DNA of 64,000 nucleotides from Leidyana gryllorum EB-2025a (GCA_048772705.1 JBLWGC010000035.1:372001-436000), one strand, 5' to 3'. Counted from the first letter of the stretch, positions 18,697 to 31,900 are shown. Numbers and translations: made by a program. The notes: generated by a model from the sequence alone, not told the origin.

Positions 18697-21417
18697 TCAT
18701 TCCACGTGTATGGATGGCTGAAAGATGTTTGAGCGGCTTCTGTGCAGTGGAGTCATTGTTTGGCAGGTTTCGGGGTTCACAAGTGGCTCGTCAAGAAGAG
18801 CAAAGAGCCAAGTGGATGTATAAGCTAAAATGAGGAGGACGACAGGACTCGTACTCAGCAGACCACTCATCCCGTTGTCTAGCGGCATATATCTCGCCTG
18901 CAGGCCGCGCGGCAAAGGTGTGTTCAAGGCATCTTGATTGTGGGCTTCAACACTCAAGTATTGCAAACCGCGTTCTCTGATCTCTTTTGTTGACATCAAC
19001 AACGTTATCTGATGGGAACCAATGTGGGCTTCGACGGAACCAACATAGACACGCGCTCGTTAATGAGGCTCTTGAGAGGGGTGAGGCTCAAGCTGAGCCT
19101 CGAGTTCCCACTTCGCCGCGTTGTTGGTGCAGGCGGCCTTCGTGGTATCTATATGTCGCAGATGCGTCAACTGGACCGAGCTATATATCGGTGGCATCAC
19201 AAGATAGAGATCAGTCTGTCCAGTCAAGACCTTCGAGCAATGAAAGTTGATGGTGATGCTGATCTCGGTCATCGTCCCAGATTGAGGTGGTCCCGTGACC
19301 TCCAGTTGGCAACTATCAGTCTTATTGTTCCCGGCTAAGAGCGCTCTGTAATCTGGAGGCAGTGAGAGTGATGTTTCTTGAACACCCTTGTTCCAGGCGA
19401 ATAACCGAAACGCGTCAGCGACTTGATACGTCGTCTCATTACACCGCGTGCTTGGGATTCTCGAGATGGCCGAGATTGCATCTCCTCCGGGCCGAACAAA
19501 GTCAGGGATAGCAATTAAGTACTCGCCGTCTGATACCAACGGTTGTAGGTTGCCTGATTGGTCGAAGACCTCCATGGACACAATCTGGAACGTGTCCTCA
19601 GCGGAATTCGGGGAGAACTCGTAAACAAGCCCACGGCTTGATGTCAGAGTACGCCACTTTCGTCCCCGTCCGCGTATCCGAGAAAAGTTTTGCTGCTCCT
19701 GAAAGAGATCCAGCGACTCAAAACCCTTCAGTCGACAAACCCACAGTGTATCCGAAAACGGCACAATGCGACTCATCTTTTGCCGGTCCAGAGCGTGCGC
19801 TGAATCCAGAAGGAAGCCCCCCGCACCATCCTGGAATTCAATACAGCTGCCGTCAGACTGGGTTCTTCATCCAGCATAACCGTCTCCACTGCATCTGCCA
19901 CCAATCGTGCGAGACCATTGTCTTCCATCTCAGACACATCAGGGGCAGGCATGCGGCATCGAATATCGCCGTGGTGAGGGTTCGAATTTGCTTCCTCGAC
20001 TTCCGCCTCCCAGAGTTGCAGCATCTCAAAGATTCTCTGTGCGTCAGCCTGCCCGTCCACCCACTGTTGATCGTAGCAAGATTCCCAAAGACAATGATCA
20101 ACTACTTCTACATTGTGACCGACAACGTCATAAGCAGTCATTCGGCCGTGATTGAACTTAAACCGGTGCAATGCGAACTCTTGTAGTCTTCCTCGTGTCT
20201 GTACAACTGACCGAGTCCACCCGACCGGCACATTTGAGTGCGCAAGGTCATCAGCGGTCTGTGTGATGTACAGCCCCTGCTTTGAGCTTCCGCCGACAAT
20301 CAAGTCCACATTCGTGTCCAGTTTGGAGATCAGTGTCAGGAATTCGCTGTCGGGGGCCGAAGAATCGCTGAGACTGTCATGTACCAGCGCTATCACAGCT
20401 GAGCATCCCAACTCTTCCTTCACACCTTCGGCCCAAATATTTCCCGGGATGTGAGGCTCTTCAATACTCCAGTGCTCCCGGGCGAAGAGTGGAACACTGT
20501 TCAGCGCGGAAGACGGCAGAAGCCCTATGAATCCAACCTTATACTCGACACCATCGTTCCCAATCAGGGACTTGATCTTGTACGGCTCAAATATCCATCC
20601 AGGTATTTCAAAGTCCCTTGGGCGTAATGGACGGGAGTTTGTCCGGTCCCATGCATTTGTGATTATGAGAGACGTCTGTGATGCAAGCCGAAACCGATAT
20701 CGCCAGAAATTGGAAACCTCGAAATTGCCCAGACTTGAGGTCCAAATTCGACAAGAGTCCATTAAGATGTCTTCGAAGCTATCAAGCCCGACTTGATTCG
20801 AGTAGCCAGGCTCACCAACATTATATCGAGTAGACACGAACTCTAAGAGCGGGAATAGTGACTCCCGGAAATGGGACATGGCGTACCCAAAGTGGATCAT
20901 GGAAGCCTTGTTGCTGTCCGTCGAGTCCCGAGACACGTAATTACCTTTGATGCTGCTGATGCTGCCCACTACATATTCGGTCTCGGGAGTATCCAGTGGC
21001 ACCTTGTCTCTCAAACATAACTTCCCCCATTGTATTGCAAAAGCTCCGTTATCAGACGTTACATTCTCGTCAACGGAACTTTCAACAACGAACCATATGT
21101 CAAGTTCTGGATTAACTTCACGGAACGGCGATCGAAGTCTGCGAAGTTCAAAATCTTCCGGCAAGGTCATCCAAACAGGTTCAGTGCCATTGTTATACGC
21201 TTTGAGGAATTGTTCCACCTTGTATCCCGCTCCTTCCTGATGGTGAACGTGTAAAGCCTCCAGTGAAGCGTTGCCAGATGCTTCCACTTCTAAGAAACCA
21301 AAGCTTGTCTCCTGGACCTACCACTTCGGGGTGGTGGTACATATATCCCTGTTGGCCGTGAGCAGTACTCCATAGAAGGAAAGATATGAGTGCAGTCCAA
21401 CTTTTACCCCTCCTCAT
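18697..21417 (-). pseudogene. Disrupted, catalytically degenerate fourth 5'-nucleotidase paralogue (copy D)
   Basis: Signal peptide MRRGKSWTALISFLLWSTAHG. Homologous blocks YKVGFIG, AVIALVH, VDLIVGG, VVQTRG, LARLVADA, IVPFSD, PDFVRPGGD. Frame changes near 21295 and near 19820, and an in-frame TAA at 19060-19062. Metal-ligand motifs are lost. Confidence 0.75.
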
Positions 21418-22424
21418 CCTGCCCCTCAGGATTTGCTATCCGTAACGGGTGGGGAGACCTAAAAACAATTGAGCCGTCACTTGAAGTTACAGCTCGGTAG
21501 CTCGACGGAGTCACTGTCCAACAACTCAATCTTCTCGACAGCATCCTACCATTGCAAAGATTAATGTGCCACTGCAGTTCCCCACTCGTTGGAGTCGAAG
21601 ATAGCGTTGCCACACCGCCCTCCGTTGACCACTCAATCGATCTCGCCACGGCCGATAAATCTGACCCACTCTCCTGATAAGAATGTTTGGCCAAACGATA
21701 GCTAGTCTCGCATATTACTCACCTCAGCCAGTATCAACTCTTCCTCGCATTCTGCCGCAGCACCTAGATTGAGTGTCGGATTCCAAGTTTGGGAGGTCAC
21801 TGGTAACTGCTGAACTATCAAGCCTGCTTTGATGAGAGTAGTGCTATCTTCCCTCTGGCGGAAAGTGGTGTCTCCTTTGTTATTGTAAGAGTTCGGTGTG
21901 CCACGGCACAACATCCACACCCCATTCGCGTCGGGGGTTAGAGTCATCAGAGCACAGTTCGTGTTTCTCACACACGCGGAGACCGCGAGGTCGGAAATGG
22001 TCATATCCTATCGCCACTAATCTCAATGGTCTAAACGATGGGCAGTACCGTATCATCTGCTTCGATGCGCACAGAAGGTTCACAATGGGTAGCGACGTTA
22101 TCTAATCGCTGAAATGCTGCTCATTATATAGCGCCCGGCAAAGGCGTACCAAGAAATTCTGGTCCACATCAGCTGAAGGCATACGATAAGAGCTGAGAAG
22201 AATAAGGTCTTCAGAACTCACGCGCTTGTGATATCGCAAGGGCGTCCTCCAATGGCGCATGAGGTCCGGGCAAGAAGACATCCTCAGGCAGGTCTGCTTG
22301 TAGAATACCCTGCTGAGGGAGGGGAGCGAGATGGGGGTTACCAGCCTGTATAGATTCTTACCCCGCTTCGGACGCGACCAACAACTTCAACCACAGCCAC
22401 ACCGGCCGCGAATATTTGACGCAT
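21404..22424 (-). CDS. Hypothetical multi-exon protein
   Basis: ATG at 22424. About five short GT-AG introns join small exons and ORFs 21702-22004 and 21404-21694 into one frame. No recognisable motif. Confidence 0.5.
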
Positions 22425-22450
22425 AGCACACGTGTGTGCAGTACGATTCC

Positions 22451-23503
22451 TCAAGGTTGTTGTTTCCTGATTTGCTCGACAAGTACGGCAATTGCGCTGG
22501 GCAGAGGAAGTCGGCATTTATCAACAGACGCCGCTTTGGGTTGTGCCGCTTGTCTCGGAACACCTAAGAAGGCCGTTGGTACTCGACGGAGCTGCGGACA
22601 CCGGCTTACCCAATGATTCATATTCGTAAAATGCGCGGGGGGGCGCTCGTTGAACAATCGCGTAAACAGCGTCAATCTGTAGAAAATGGAGGATTCGCTA
22701 CGGACGTCTACGCACCAATTGTTGGGTGATGTAAGTGGCACGCGTCCAATGTTGCAGACTCGGGTCGTCAGTGGAATGGGGAAGGTGAGTGAGAGCATCG
22801 ATAACTTCTTTTGTAACAATGAATAGCTGGACGGGCTTATTAGCCTGTTTGTTCGACCATCTGGTGGGAAGTTGATTGAAGAATTGGTGGTCATCTGACA
22901 ACTTACGCCCTTCCAGCATCCTGTTTCGCGCTGACAACCGCCTGTGGTGTGGAATACTCCAAGAGAGCAACACCATCTGATCGTTTCCGTCCTGTAGCCT
23001 CGAAGATATGAATTCCTCGTGGTCCTCCGTAGGTACAGGCTCCATCCCAGATCTCAGCTTCGCTCATCATCTACAGTGCGACATGTATTGACAGTGGAAT
23101 GAGCGGTCTCACCCAGTGGAGGTTAGCTAAGATGACGAAATTCTTCTGACTATATCCACCACCGCTGTCCGCTGGCGGTGGGGGCACCGGGGGAGGTACT
23201 CCCAAGAAAAGTACTTTATCTGAATGCGAGTTCGAAGGAGAAGGAGCAGCTTCAGCAGTTACCTTTGCGATGAAATGCTGGGCGTTTCTTAGTGTCCAAG
23301 GTCACCGTTGAGCGGTCGGGTCCTCGTCGAATAGGCGCCGTTGCGTTTCGTCCTGACATTCCCCCCAGTTGCCCACCAAAGTTATAGCGGTGGTGAGTCA
23401 GCTCCAACTCGAAGTCCATGACCTGTACGTTCGTTTCCTCATCTTCGCTTAAGTCCACCGAAAGACTGTCGGAGCTCTCATCATCAGCAGCTGGAGGGGG
23501 CAT
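22451..23503 (-). CDS. RRM-domain protein, CPSF6/CFIm68-like; multi-exon
   Basis: Spliced product FVILANLHWMMSEAEIW...IHIFEATGRKRSDGVALLEY resembles the CPSF6 RRM (GNLTWW...IKFFE...SKGFALV). Acidic N-terminus. Confidence 0.6.
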
Positions 23504-23535
23504 GGGCCGAAAAAACAACACCAAATTTGAGTAAG

Positions 23536-25875
23536 ATGGCTCCCGCGACTGATGGAGGGTTGGGTCCATTAGATCTCCTGGAGGCGGCCAGGAAAAGCAT
23601 TTTTGACATGACGAAGGCTCATCGGAACGACTCGGCTATCTGGAAGGTGCTTGTGTATGACAATCGCGGATGCAGCGTTATGGCTCCCTGCATCAAGGTA
23701 ATTCAGATGGGTTGTGTATCCACAGCGTTACATCAAATGGTAGCGTGGTGAATTGCGGCAGCAAGGCATAACATTGGATATGTTGTTATCAAATGCACGA
23801 TCTCAAGTGCCTGGTGTTGGTGCCGTATATCTGGTTCAACCTACCGAGGAGAATCTTAGAGTGATCTGTGACGATATTAAGAAGGGTCTGTATCGCACAT
23901 ACGCAGTCGAATTCATTTCTCCCGTATCTGACAATCTCTTACGATTCTTTGCCTCCCAAGTGGCTGCTATAACACCTGGGGGAGCCAATATTGTGAATCG
24001 TGTTGTGGACCGATTTCTGGATTTTCACGCATTGGCGCCCAATCTATTTAGTCTCGGGTTACCTATGGCCTTCGAAATCTTCCACTCTCCAAACTCCAGC
24101 GACGCTGCAGTGAGTTCGGTTCCTATCACTTCACACACCCACAGTTGATAGATAACAGCGGTAATAAATCGGATGGTTGACGGCCTCCTGTCAGTGATCA
24201 GGACGTTGAATATACGACCCCTCATCAAATGCTCACGCAACTCTTCCAGTATCGCTCGAGCCGTCGCCATGGCCTTAGACGTGAGTGCAAGGACCCCTGT
24301 TGTCTCCAACAAGGCACTTTGTTCTCTTTTAGCAACGGCTGCGTCAGTTTATGGATACCGGATCTGGGACCGGTTCCGAAGCCGCTGAGTGGACCAACGC
24401 TTCGAACTGGGCATCACGGGCTCGACGTACTCTCTTATTGCTCACAGATCGCTCAATGGATTTCCAAGTTATGACCCGGCACACTTGGACTTACCAACCA
24501 CTCATCCATGATGTATTTGGCATAGAGTGAGTTGTTGCACGTTCACTGTTGTATGGCTCTTACTTTGCAGTCTCAACCGCATCAAGCTCCCCTCCACACC
24601 CAAACAAGAGGAGCAGATGATTGATTTGGACCCGTGAGTCAGAAGTGCCATGGCAATGGCCGGTAACCACCCACCTCTCTCTCACAGAGTGGATCCCTTC
24701 TTTGTACAATATGCCGGGATGCAGTACCCTGAGGTGGCCTCTGCGTGTTCTACTCTACTGAAGGAATACAACAAACGAATGGAGGACATACAGAAGGGAG
24801 GTAATGTATGGGGAGATATGGAAGCTGACGGATTGACTCGGAACGTTTCTCGTGCTCTGGAGGCGGCTCCCGAGATGATCAAGAAAAAACAGTAAGTCGA
24901 CGGGACGAGTATCTCGCCAAGATATGCTCGGTGAACAGCTCGTTGGATATGCACACGACGCTCGCTACAAGGCTTCTTGATGTCATCAACGAACGAGATT
25001 TAGCCAAGTTCTTTGAGACCGAAGTCCAAATTGTGGAGTCAGGCTTCCCGGGTTCCAAACAGAATCTGTACTCTCAGATTGAAAAGATGATGATTTCTGG
25101 GCCAGGCACCCAGATGGATAAACTCCGTCTCCTGCTCACTCTTCACTTATCGCAAGGTAGGGGCTGAGACGTGAATTCTGACCCAAAGACTCTTGGCAGC
25201 TGGACAAGGCTCGGCAGCTGAGATCAACAAAATGGCCGCTATGCTCCAACAGAAGTCTCCCAACCCTGTCGCTGGTCCTCTGCCCGACGCCCTCAAATTC
25301 CTTCGTCATTTTGAGACAATGTCTTCCCTGGGCAGAGAGGGGGCGAGTATGGGTGCCACCGTGGCGGCAGCTCACCCCGGCGCCCCCGGCGGCGCCCGAG
25401 ACGGCTGGGGATCCATGATGGATCGGAGTCGAGGACTGGTACAGAACATGATGCATCTCTTCCCACTGATTCCGATCAAACATGAGTGCAAATTGGTCAA
25501 GTTGGTCGAACAGCAACTCGACAATACGGTCCCTCAACCCGACCCACTGATGACATTGGATCCTTTCGTGAGTGTGACAGTCTTCTCCGTCCGTCACAGT
25601 GTGCTGTTTGTCGCAGAATGTTGGTTCTCCGGCCGAGGGACCAAATACCACCTGGCGGAATTGTATTGTGTTTATGGTTGGGGGAGGCACTTACGTTGAA
25701 AGCAATGCTCTCACTGACTTATGTGCTAAGACTGATCGGCGGGTAGGTCACGTGCATATCTCGATTTGGCAAATTAGGTCTTTTTGACTGGCTGTAGATA
25801 ATATATGGATCTACTCATCTCTATCGTCCCGAGGACATGGTAGACCAGTGGGAACGGTTGGGCAGAGCACTGTAA
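23536..25875 (+). CDS. SLY1: Sec1/Munc18 family protein Sly1 (SCFD1); multi-exon
   Basis: WKVLVYD, LRQQGITL, AVYLVQPTEEN, HTWTYQPLIHDVF, DMHTTLAT, IVFMVGGGTYVE, IYGST. Confidence 0.9.
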
Positions 25876-25916
25876 TAGGGAATGGTTTTGGTGAAAACTG
25901 ACAACTGTGAGGCAAA

Positions 25917-28900
25917 TCACGCAGCACTGCTCTGCTCGACTGACGGGGAAGCGGTCTGTTGCAGGTGCTTATAAGTCACTCTACGCCACAGCTGCACCAA
26001 TCCTGCGACATCAGCAGATGCCAATATCGTAGCAGGATGGTTTACATCCACCGCCAGTACTCCGTGCTCGTGCCCGCGCAGATCCTGAGCGGCGACGTAG
26101 TCTGCATCGCCCATTGCTGGTCTACTGAACACCTTGATCTACAATGGGAGATGGAACGGTCGTTCAGTTACTTGTCACCTCACCTTGCTATCTTCCGAAC
26201 CGGACACCAACCAAAGTTGATCCTCTCTTGGTACGATTCGCGACATGAGGGGTACACAAGTGTGTTGAATCTGGTGGGTGGTGGTGGTGGTGGTAAATTG
26301 AATGTGAGGGTGGCTGTACGCACCTTTAGTCTTTGCTTGACGCTGAGTTGGCGGATGGCAACGCTCGACAGACTGTATTGACACTTAACGATAGCAATCG
26401 TTTGATCGCAATAGTTCACAATCACAGTGGGTTGGCTTCCTGGGCAGAAAGTGACGCAAGTGACGGCAGCTTGATTCTGAAAGGCAAAGAGAGTGATTGG
26501 TGAGGAAGTCAAAGACGAACTTACGGCGCCTGTCAAGTGAAGTTTTGTTACGAATTGGAGCCGGTTGTTTTCAGCCACCTCATACGCTTCGACTGAGCCG
26601 TCTTTAGTTCCGGCAATCAGATTCAGACCTGATGTGTCGAAACAGATGGCTCGAATCTCGGCGTCGACTCTGATGCGTTGCACCACATTCCCCTCGTGTG
26701 AGTCGACAACTCGCACAACTTGCTTTTGGTTTGATGTGAGGAATAATCTAGGATCTGTGGGGAGATATGCTGCCACCAAGATGGGAACAGAGTCAGAGAA
26801 AATCTTGGACAGATAGCCTTGTTGCAAATCCCAGAATCGTACAGTGGAATCGATAGAAGTGGATGCGAGATGCATTCCATCGTGAGTAAAGAACAAAGAG
26901 GTCACAGCTTTAGAATGCCCCTCGAACACTTTCCACTTTTCGACGGGTTCTGTCGGCGGACGCCACCATTCCGAGGTCTCTTTGTCATTCGGTGAGATTG
27001 AAGGTCTGCGTTGGTCGCCATTATTGGCCAACTCTTTGGTGAGGAGTTCCCTGTCTTCAGGAGTTAACCGGATTTTGTAGGTCAAGATGACCCCGGCCTT
27101 TGTGGCGACGGCCAGTAAGTGGAATTCTCGATCTATCGTGGGCTTGGCAAACTTGATACAGGTAACGGCAGTCTTCACGGGCAATGTCATTGTCTGCCAT
27201 CTCGTGATCTCTCCATGTAATTTCGCTTTCTCTTTGTCGCGACTCTCATTCAGCAAAGTCTCATTTCCTTGGAGACTCTCAGCCAGCAGTTCGGCGACAG
27301 GTGGCGTAGAAGTCCGTCCACTTCGTCCACCCCGCCCCAAAGTGCGCTTTGCTCCAACTCCCCATATGTTGGAGAGCCCTTGCATTAACATCTCGTTTAA
27401 GGTTCCAGCTTGGGTCTTCTGCTGTGGGGACTGAAGAAAAGCAAGTCATACCAAAGGACCGCGACGAGACAGGTGCATAACCATAACAGAAACACGAGGG
27501 ACGCTCTTCATCTATCACACAGCACCGAGGACACAAGTGAGGCAGGGGGACGGCGGCTGGGGTGCAGGACGCACAAATAAATGCCGGAGACGGCTGACAC
27601 TCCACACCACTTCCACCACTCCATGGGCTGTAATAACCAAATCTCGCCTCCGCGCCTCCACAAGCCGCTGCCGAAACCCAACGAGAGCCCGAACAATGAT
27701 CGGTAATAGGATACTCGCTTGGAGAGACGGCAGCAGATCGTTGTCGCAGACATCTATGAAAGATAGCAGAGCGGCAGATGCAGTGTCCATAGCTAGAAAT
27801 CGTCTTCATACTCCGACTCGACGGACAATCGTAGTGCCACTGCCGCTCAGTGGAGGGGGAAGACCAACATTGACAATAAGGAGGAGAAAGCGGCGGTGGA
27901 ATCATAACATTGTACGGCGAGGGAGTCACAGGCATTCCAATAACGATATTTCCCGACTGTAGAGGGGTGTGAAATCTCTCCTCAGGCGGCGGCGGCGGTG
28001 TGCGAACCTCTTCTTGAGCAGAGGCTCGGTGAGCCTCATACGAGTAAAAAGGAGAAGGAGGGACAAATGAAGGGGGGGAAGCGCTATCAAAGGGGGCGCT
28101 TGCACAATCGGGACTCGCCGCCGAGGGCAATTCTCCATAAGGGGACACCACAAAATCCTGTTCTGTTACAAATACCTTTTGCTTTTGATTGGCAATCGCT
28201 GAGGGATTTCCTCGTAACGAACACACCTCTTGATAGGTCAGATCTCGAGCGGCTCGAACATCACTCGCCCACACGGCAGGCACACTCTCAAAGTCTTCAG
28301 GCGTTAAGAGCGTCAGTCCAGCTCTGGCCACTTTGCGTAGTGCCACAGGATTGTAAGCCAGACGTAGCCACTCCGATGGCCCTTCTGCACTCGGAGTACT
28401 TCTGGCAGAGGTGGGCGTTTGTTGGTCCAGTAAAACAATTAAGCGTCGGCAGTCTGGCGAAACCTGCGAGACGGAGACGGGAGAAGAAAGTTGTAATGTG
28501 AAGCCGAATCTATAAGGCACTTACCTTTGACCATAGGGGATTCTTGATCGCCCAGTCATCTAACTGATTCAGCTGGGAGCAGCAAAGACACAGTCCCACA
28601 AATCTGGAAGGGGTGGCAAATGACCGATCGATGAGAGGGTGGCAGCTCACCGGAAGTGGTTCGTGACCCGTTTTTGGTCAGGTAAGGGTAGATCGTCCAA
28701 TTCAGAGGAATTGAGGACAGAGACGCTCAGAGGAATTTCCTGTCCTGGCAATTGGAATGAGATTTCACGTTGTTTTAACCATCCTTGTTCATTGGTCGCT
28801 CGGCTGGTGAGTGGTTCGAAAGGACCTTCATGCTTGGTAAGTCGACGAACTATAGAATTGAGAATATGGTCAGCTTCACCAACCAATAGAATGTCGCCTC

Positions 28901-31900
28901 TAAGGTGTGCGCCTTTGAGAACATCGCTTCCCGGCTCTGGAGTCGGAGAAACAATCTGAAGCAAGGCTGCAACTAGGCAGTTAGGATCTGGGTGAAGGAT
29001 GGCCTGGAAGTCTTCTTCGGCTTGATGTCGCAGTTGCTTCTGTGTTGCAATGTCCAACAGATGCCCATCGATTGTTTGCAGCAAAGTCGCCTCCTTGGCG
29101 CGCAAACGATCAATCTCCCTCTGCAGCTCTTCCACTACTCTTGATGGGGGACCAGCTCGCTCGTCCGGGATAGCAGCCGCAGAATCCGTCGCCACGACAC
29201 CCACCCGCAGGAGATTAGTGGATACATCATCACCTGAATCAACCACTGCCCTGCCAGTTACACTTGCTTGAGTGGTGCTCACTGGCCGTTCCGCACACGT
29301 TGTATCATTCTCTCCGTCGTCCACCACAACAGTTCCGGGTGGAGGCTCTTGCGTTTCCGGCGTGATCTGGCGAGACTTGCTCGGTGTGGTGTCGTCTTCC
29401 GCAGCCGGCGTGCCTCTGCCATCCAGTTCGGGCCCGCAGCTGCTCGCGGTGGTCACCAGAGGCGCCATTTGCGTGGAAGTGGAAGGCGCCTGAATGACCA
29501 GCGGAATGTCGCACATACTGTCGGAAGTGGACACGGCGAGCATTTGATATCCTCCGGTCCTAACAGGAGTGTCGTCCTCCTCTGCAACAAGAGTAGGAGC
29601 AACAAAGGATCCAGTGTCATAGCGATTGGCAGCAGCATCGACTGCATTCCCAGAGGGACTGACCGGCGACGGCGGACTAACGGGGAAGACATCGCGACCT
29701 GGGTGAGAAGTCACAAAGACATCGTGATCAACACCGACGGTCTGAAGCTCGTCTCCAGCATGGACAGCTGCACTCATCTCGGCGTTGACCGCCTGACCAT
29801 CACTGACTGATGATACAGTAGTGACAGTAGGAGGATTCCGAGCGATCTGGAGCAGAAGCGCAGACTTCTCGGATTCCCATCGTTCCCGTGCTTCTCTAAT
29901 CTCGGCCTCGATGGTCTCACGTTCGGACAAGAGGATACTCTTCTCATTCTCCAGACGAGTGGCGGTCTCCTGTTGCAACTCAATCTGCTGAGTGCGTTCC
30001 TCAAGCTCTCTCGTCCGTTCCTCGAGGTCACGACTCTGTTGCTCCATCGTTGTGCGTGTCTCCTCCAACTCTCGCTTCGCCTCCTCGAAGAGTGCTTTCG
30101 TTTCCTCCAGTTCTCTGCGGGCGCTCTCCAACTCGGCGTTGGACCGTGCGGACTCCTTGAGATCATTGATCGAAGTCTGCAGAGTAGCCACAGTCTCGCG
30201 CTCAGTATCCAAAGCGGTCTTAGTGGACTCCAACTCGTTCCGAAGGGCGAGAAATTCCTCCTGCAGCGAAGCGAGCTTGTCGGTGAGAGCTTGCTTCTCG
30301 GCCTGCAGGTTGGAAGCATCCTTTGCCTTGATCTTGAGCTTTCGTAGTTGGCGGATGGCTTGGCGTTGGCGCCACCGTAGCTGTGTACGGATGATTCTGC
30401 GGCGGGTCTGAAGGTACGACCGACGCTGCCTGGCCATTCTCCAAGCGGTCTGTACTTTGGTAGCTGCCCGATGCAGTTTGAGATTCCGCACATAGCGCTG
30501 TGTGATCCAGCGTCGCACACATTTCTGGATGTGTAGAATGCTTGACCGTTTACGCTGCATCCGATGGAGGGCCGCTGCACGTCTAACACATCGCGTGATA
30601 CGTCTCGCGGCTCGGTCCTCCCGCCTTCTACAAAGCTCCCTTTTGGCAAGCCACATCCTGACCTTTCGCTGTATGTAACGCGAGGCGTACTGCTTGCGGA
30701 GGTAAAGATCGCGTTCCATGAACATACGCCAGGCAGCTTGCATCATGACGGCGTACTTGTGACGCAGTATGGTCCGCTGGCTGGACAGAATCTCATACGC
30801 CTCGTGTCTGTGCCGAACATATTTATCAGGTGTGAAGTGTCGTAACCCACTTTAAGAAGACCTTCGTCTCACCCACAGCCCAAGCGAACTTGCTGCCGTG
30901 TTTTGGCGGAGGAATCTTGTAATCCTGGTTCACAATCTCCATGAAGCGTTGGACCCGTTCCCGACTGTTCTGCAGGCTCTCGACCTCCTTGGCTCGACCC
31001 TATTGGAAACAAAGACCACACTTTCGGAAGTATTAACGCAGACGGAGGGGATCGAATTGAGTGGACCCCTCGTTGTTTTGCTATAGACCTTCACTTACCA
31101 AGGGAAGGAGGAGTGATCGGTACTCCAAGAAGAAGGACGAGTGCTCGTCTCGGACAGGGTAACCTGCACGACTGACTTGGACCGCCTGCAAGACACCAGC
31201 GTATCGCAGCTGTTCCGCGACTGATTTTCGGTGGAAAATGTCGGGTTTGTTGCGAGGGTTGGGTTTGACGCAGCGGATGAAGTGCGGAGACGTTTGTCGC
31301 ACAGTGTTCATCAACGAGTCAAGTTGAGAACGGAATTCAAGTGATACCGAAGGCTTCTCTCGTTTCCTGTCAGAGGAGATGTATCTGTGCCGAAGACACT
31401 CACTGTTGACTCACTTTTTCGGATCGGCTGTGGCGCCGTGACGAATCATGAATTTGGTGAACAGATCGGCAACAAACGGCTTGCGTGAAGCTTGGATGGC
31501 CTCAATGACATCCGCGTGCAGCTCGTCTCTGTTCTTATCCATCCAGTTGGTGACGCAGTAGTTGACACTACCGGCGAAGTGGTTGATGCTGAACCATTCT
31601 GGTTTGGTCTTGAAGTAGGCAAAGCGAGGATGACGCTCATACACACGCTTCATTCGCTCGACGAAATTCTTCTCTGAACCCTTTGGCATTTTGCACTCGT
31701 CATCCAACATAGCCAGGATGCTGTCACGACCAGCGCTGATGAGCTTCAGGCAGTCTTCGTTGTCCGGGAAGTCCAAAGGATCCCAGGTAATGCCCTCCTG
31801 CTTGTACAGTTTCTCCTCACACTCGAAGATGAAGTGATTGAAGAAGTGCTGTAACCTTTCGTTGGTGTAGTTGATACACAATTGCTCGAAGGAGTTCAAA

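Noticed and set aside
19060-19062. In-frame TAA as evidence for stop-codon reassignment
   Set aside because: TAA terminates other genes here (e.g. Sly1, HscB, copy A), no conserved gene has internal stops, and the same locus also has frameshifts.
6075-21417. Bacterial contaminant contig
   Set aside because: The genes carry eukaryotic-type signal peptides, GPI-like tails and a mucin stalk, and sit within an otherwise intron-rich eukaryotic region; read-level confirmation is still advisable.
25917-27391. Stand-alone WDR13-like WD40 gene
   Set aside because: An in-phase splice acceptor precedes it and the WD40 tail fits the class XXII myosin architecture, so I treated it as the myosin 3' end.
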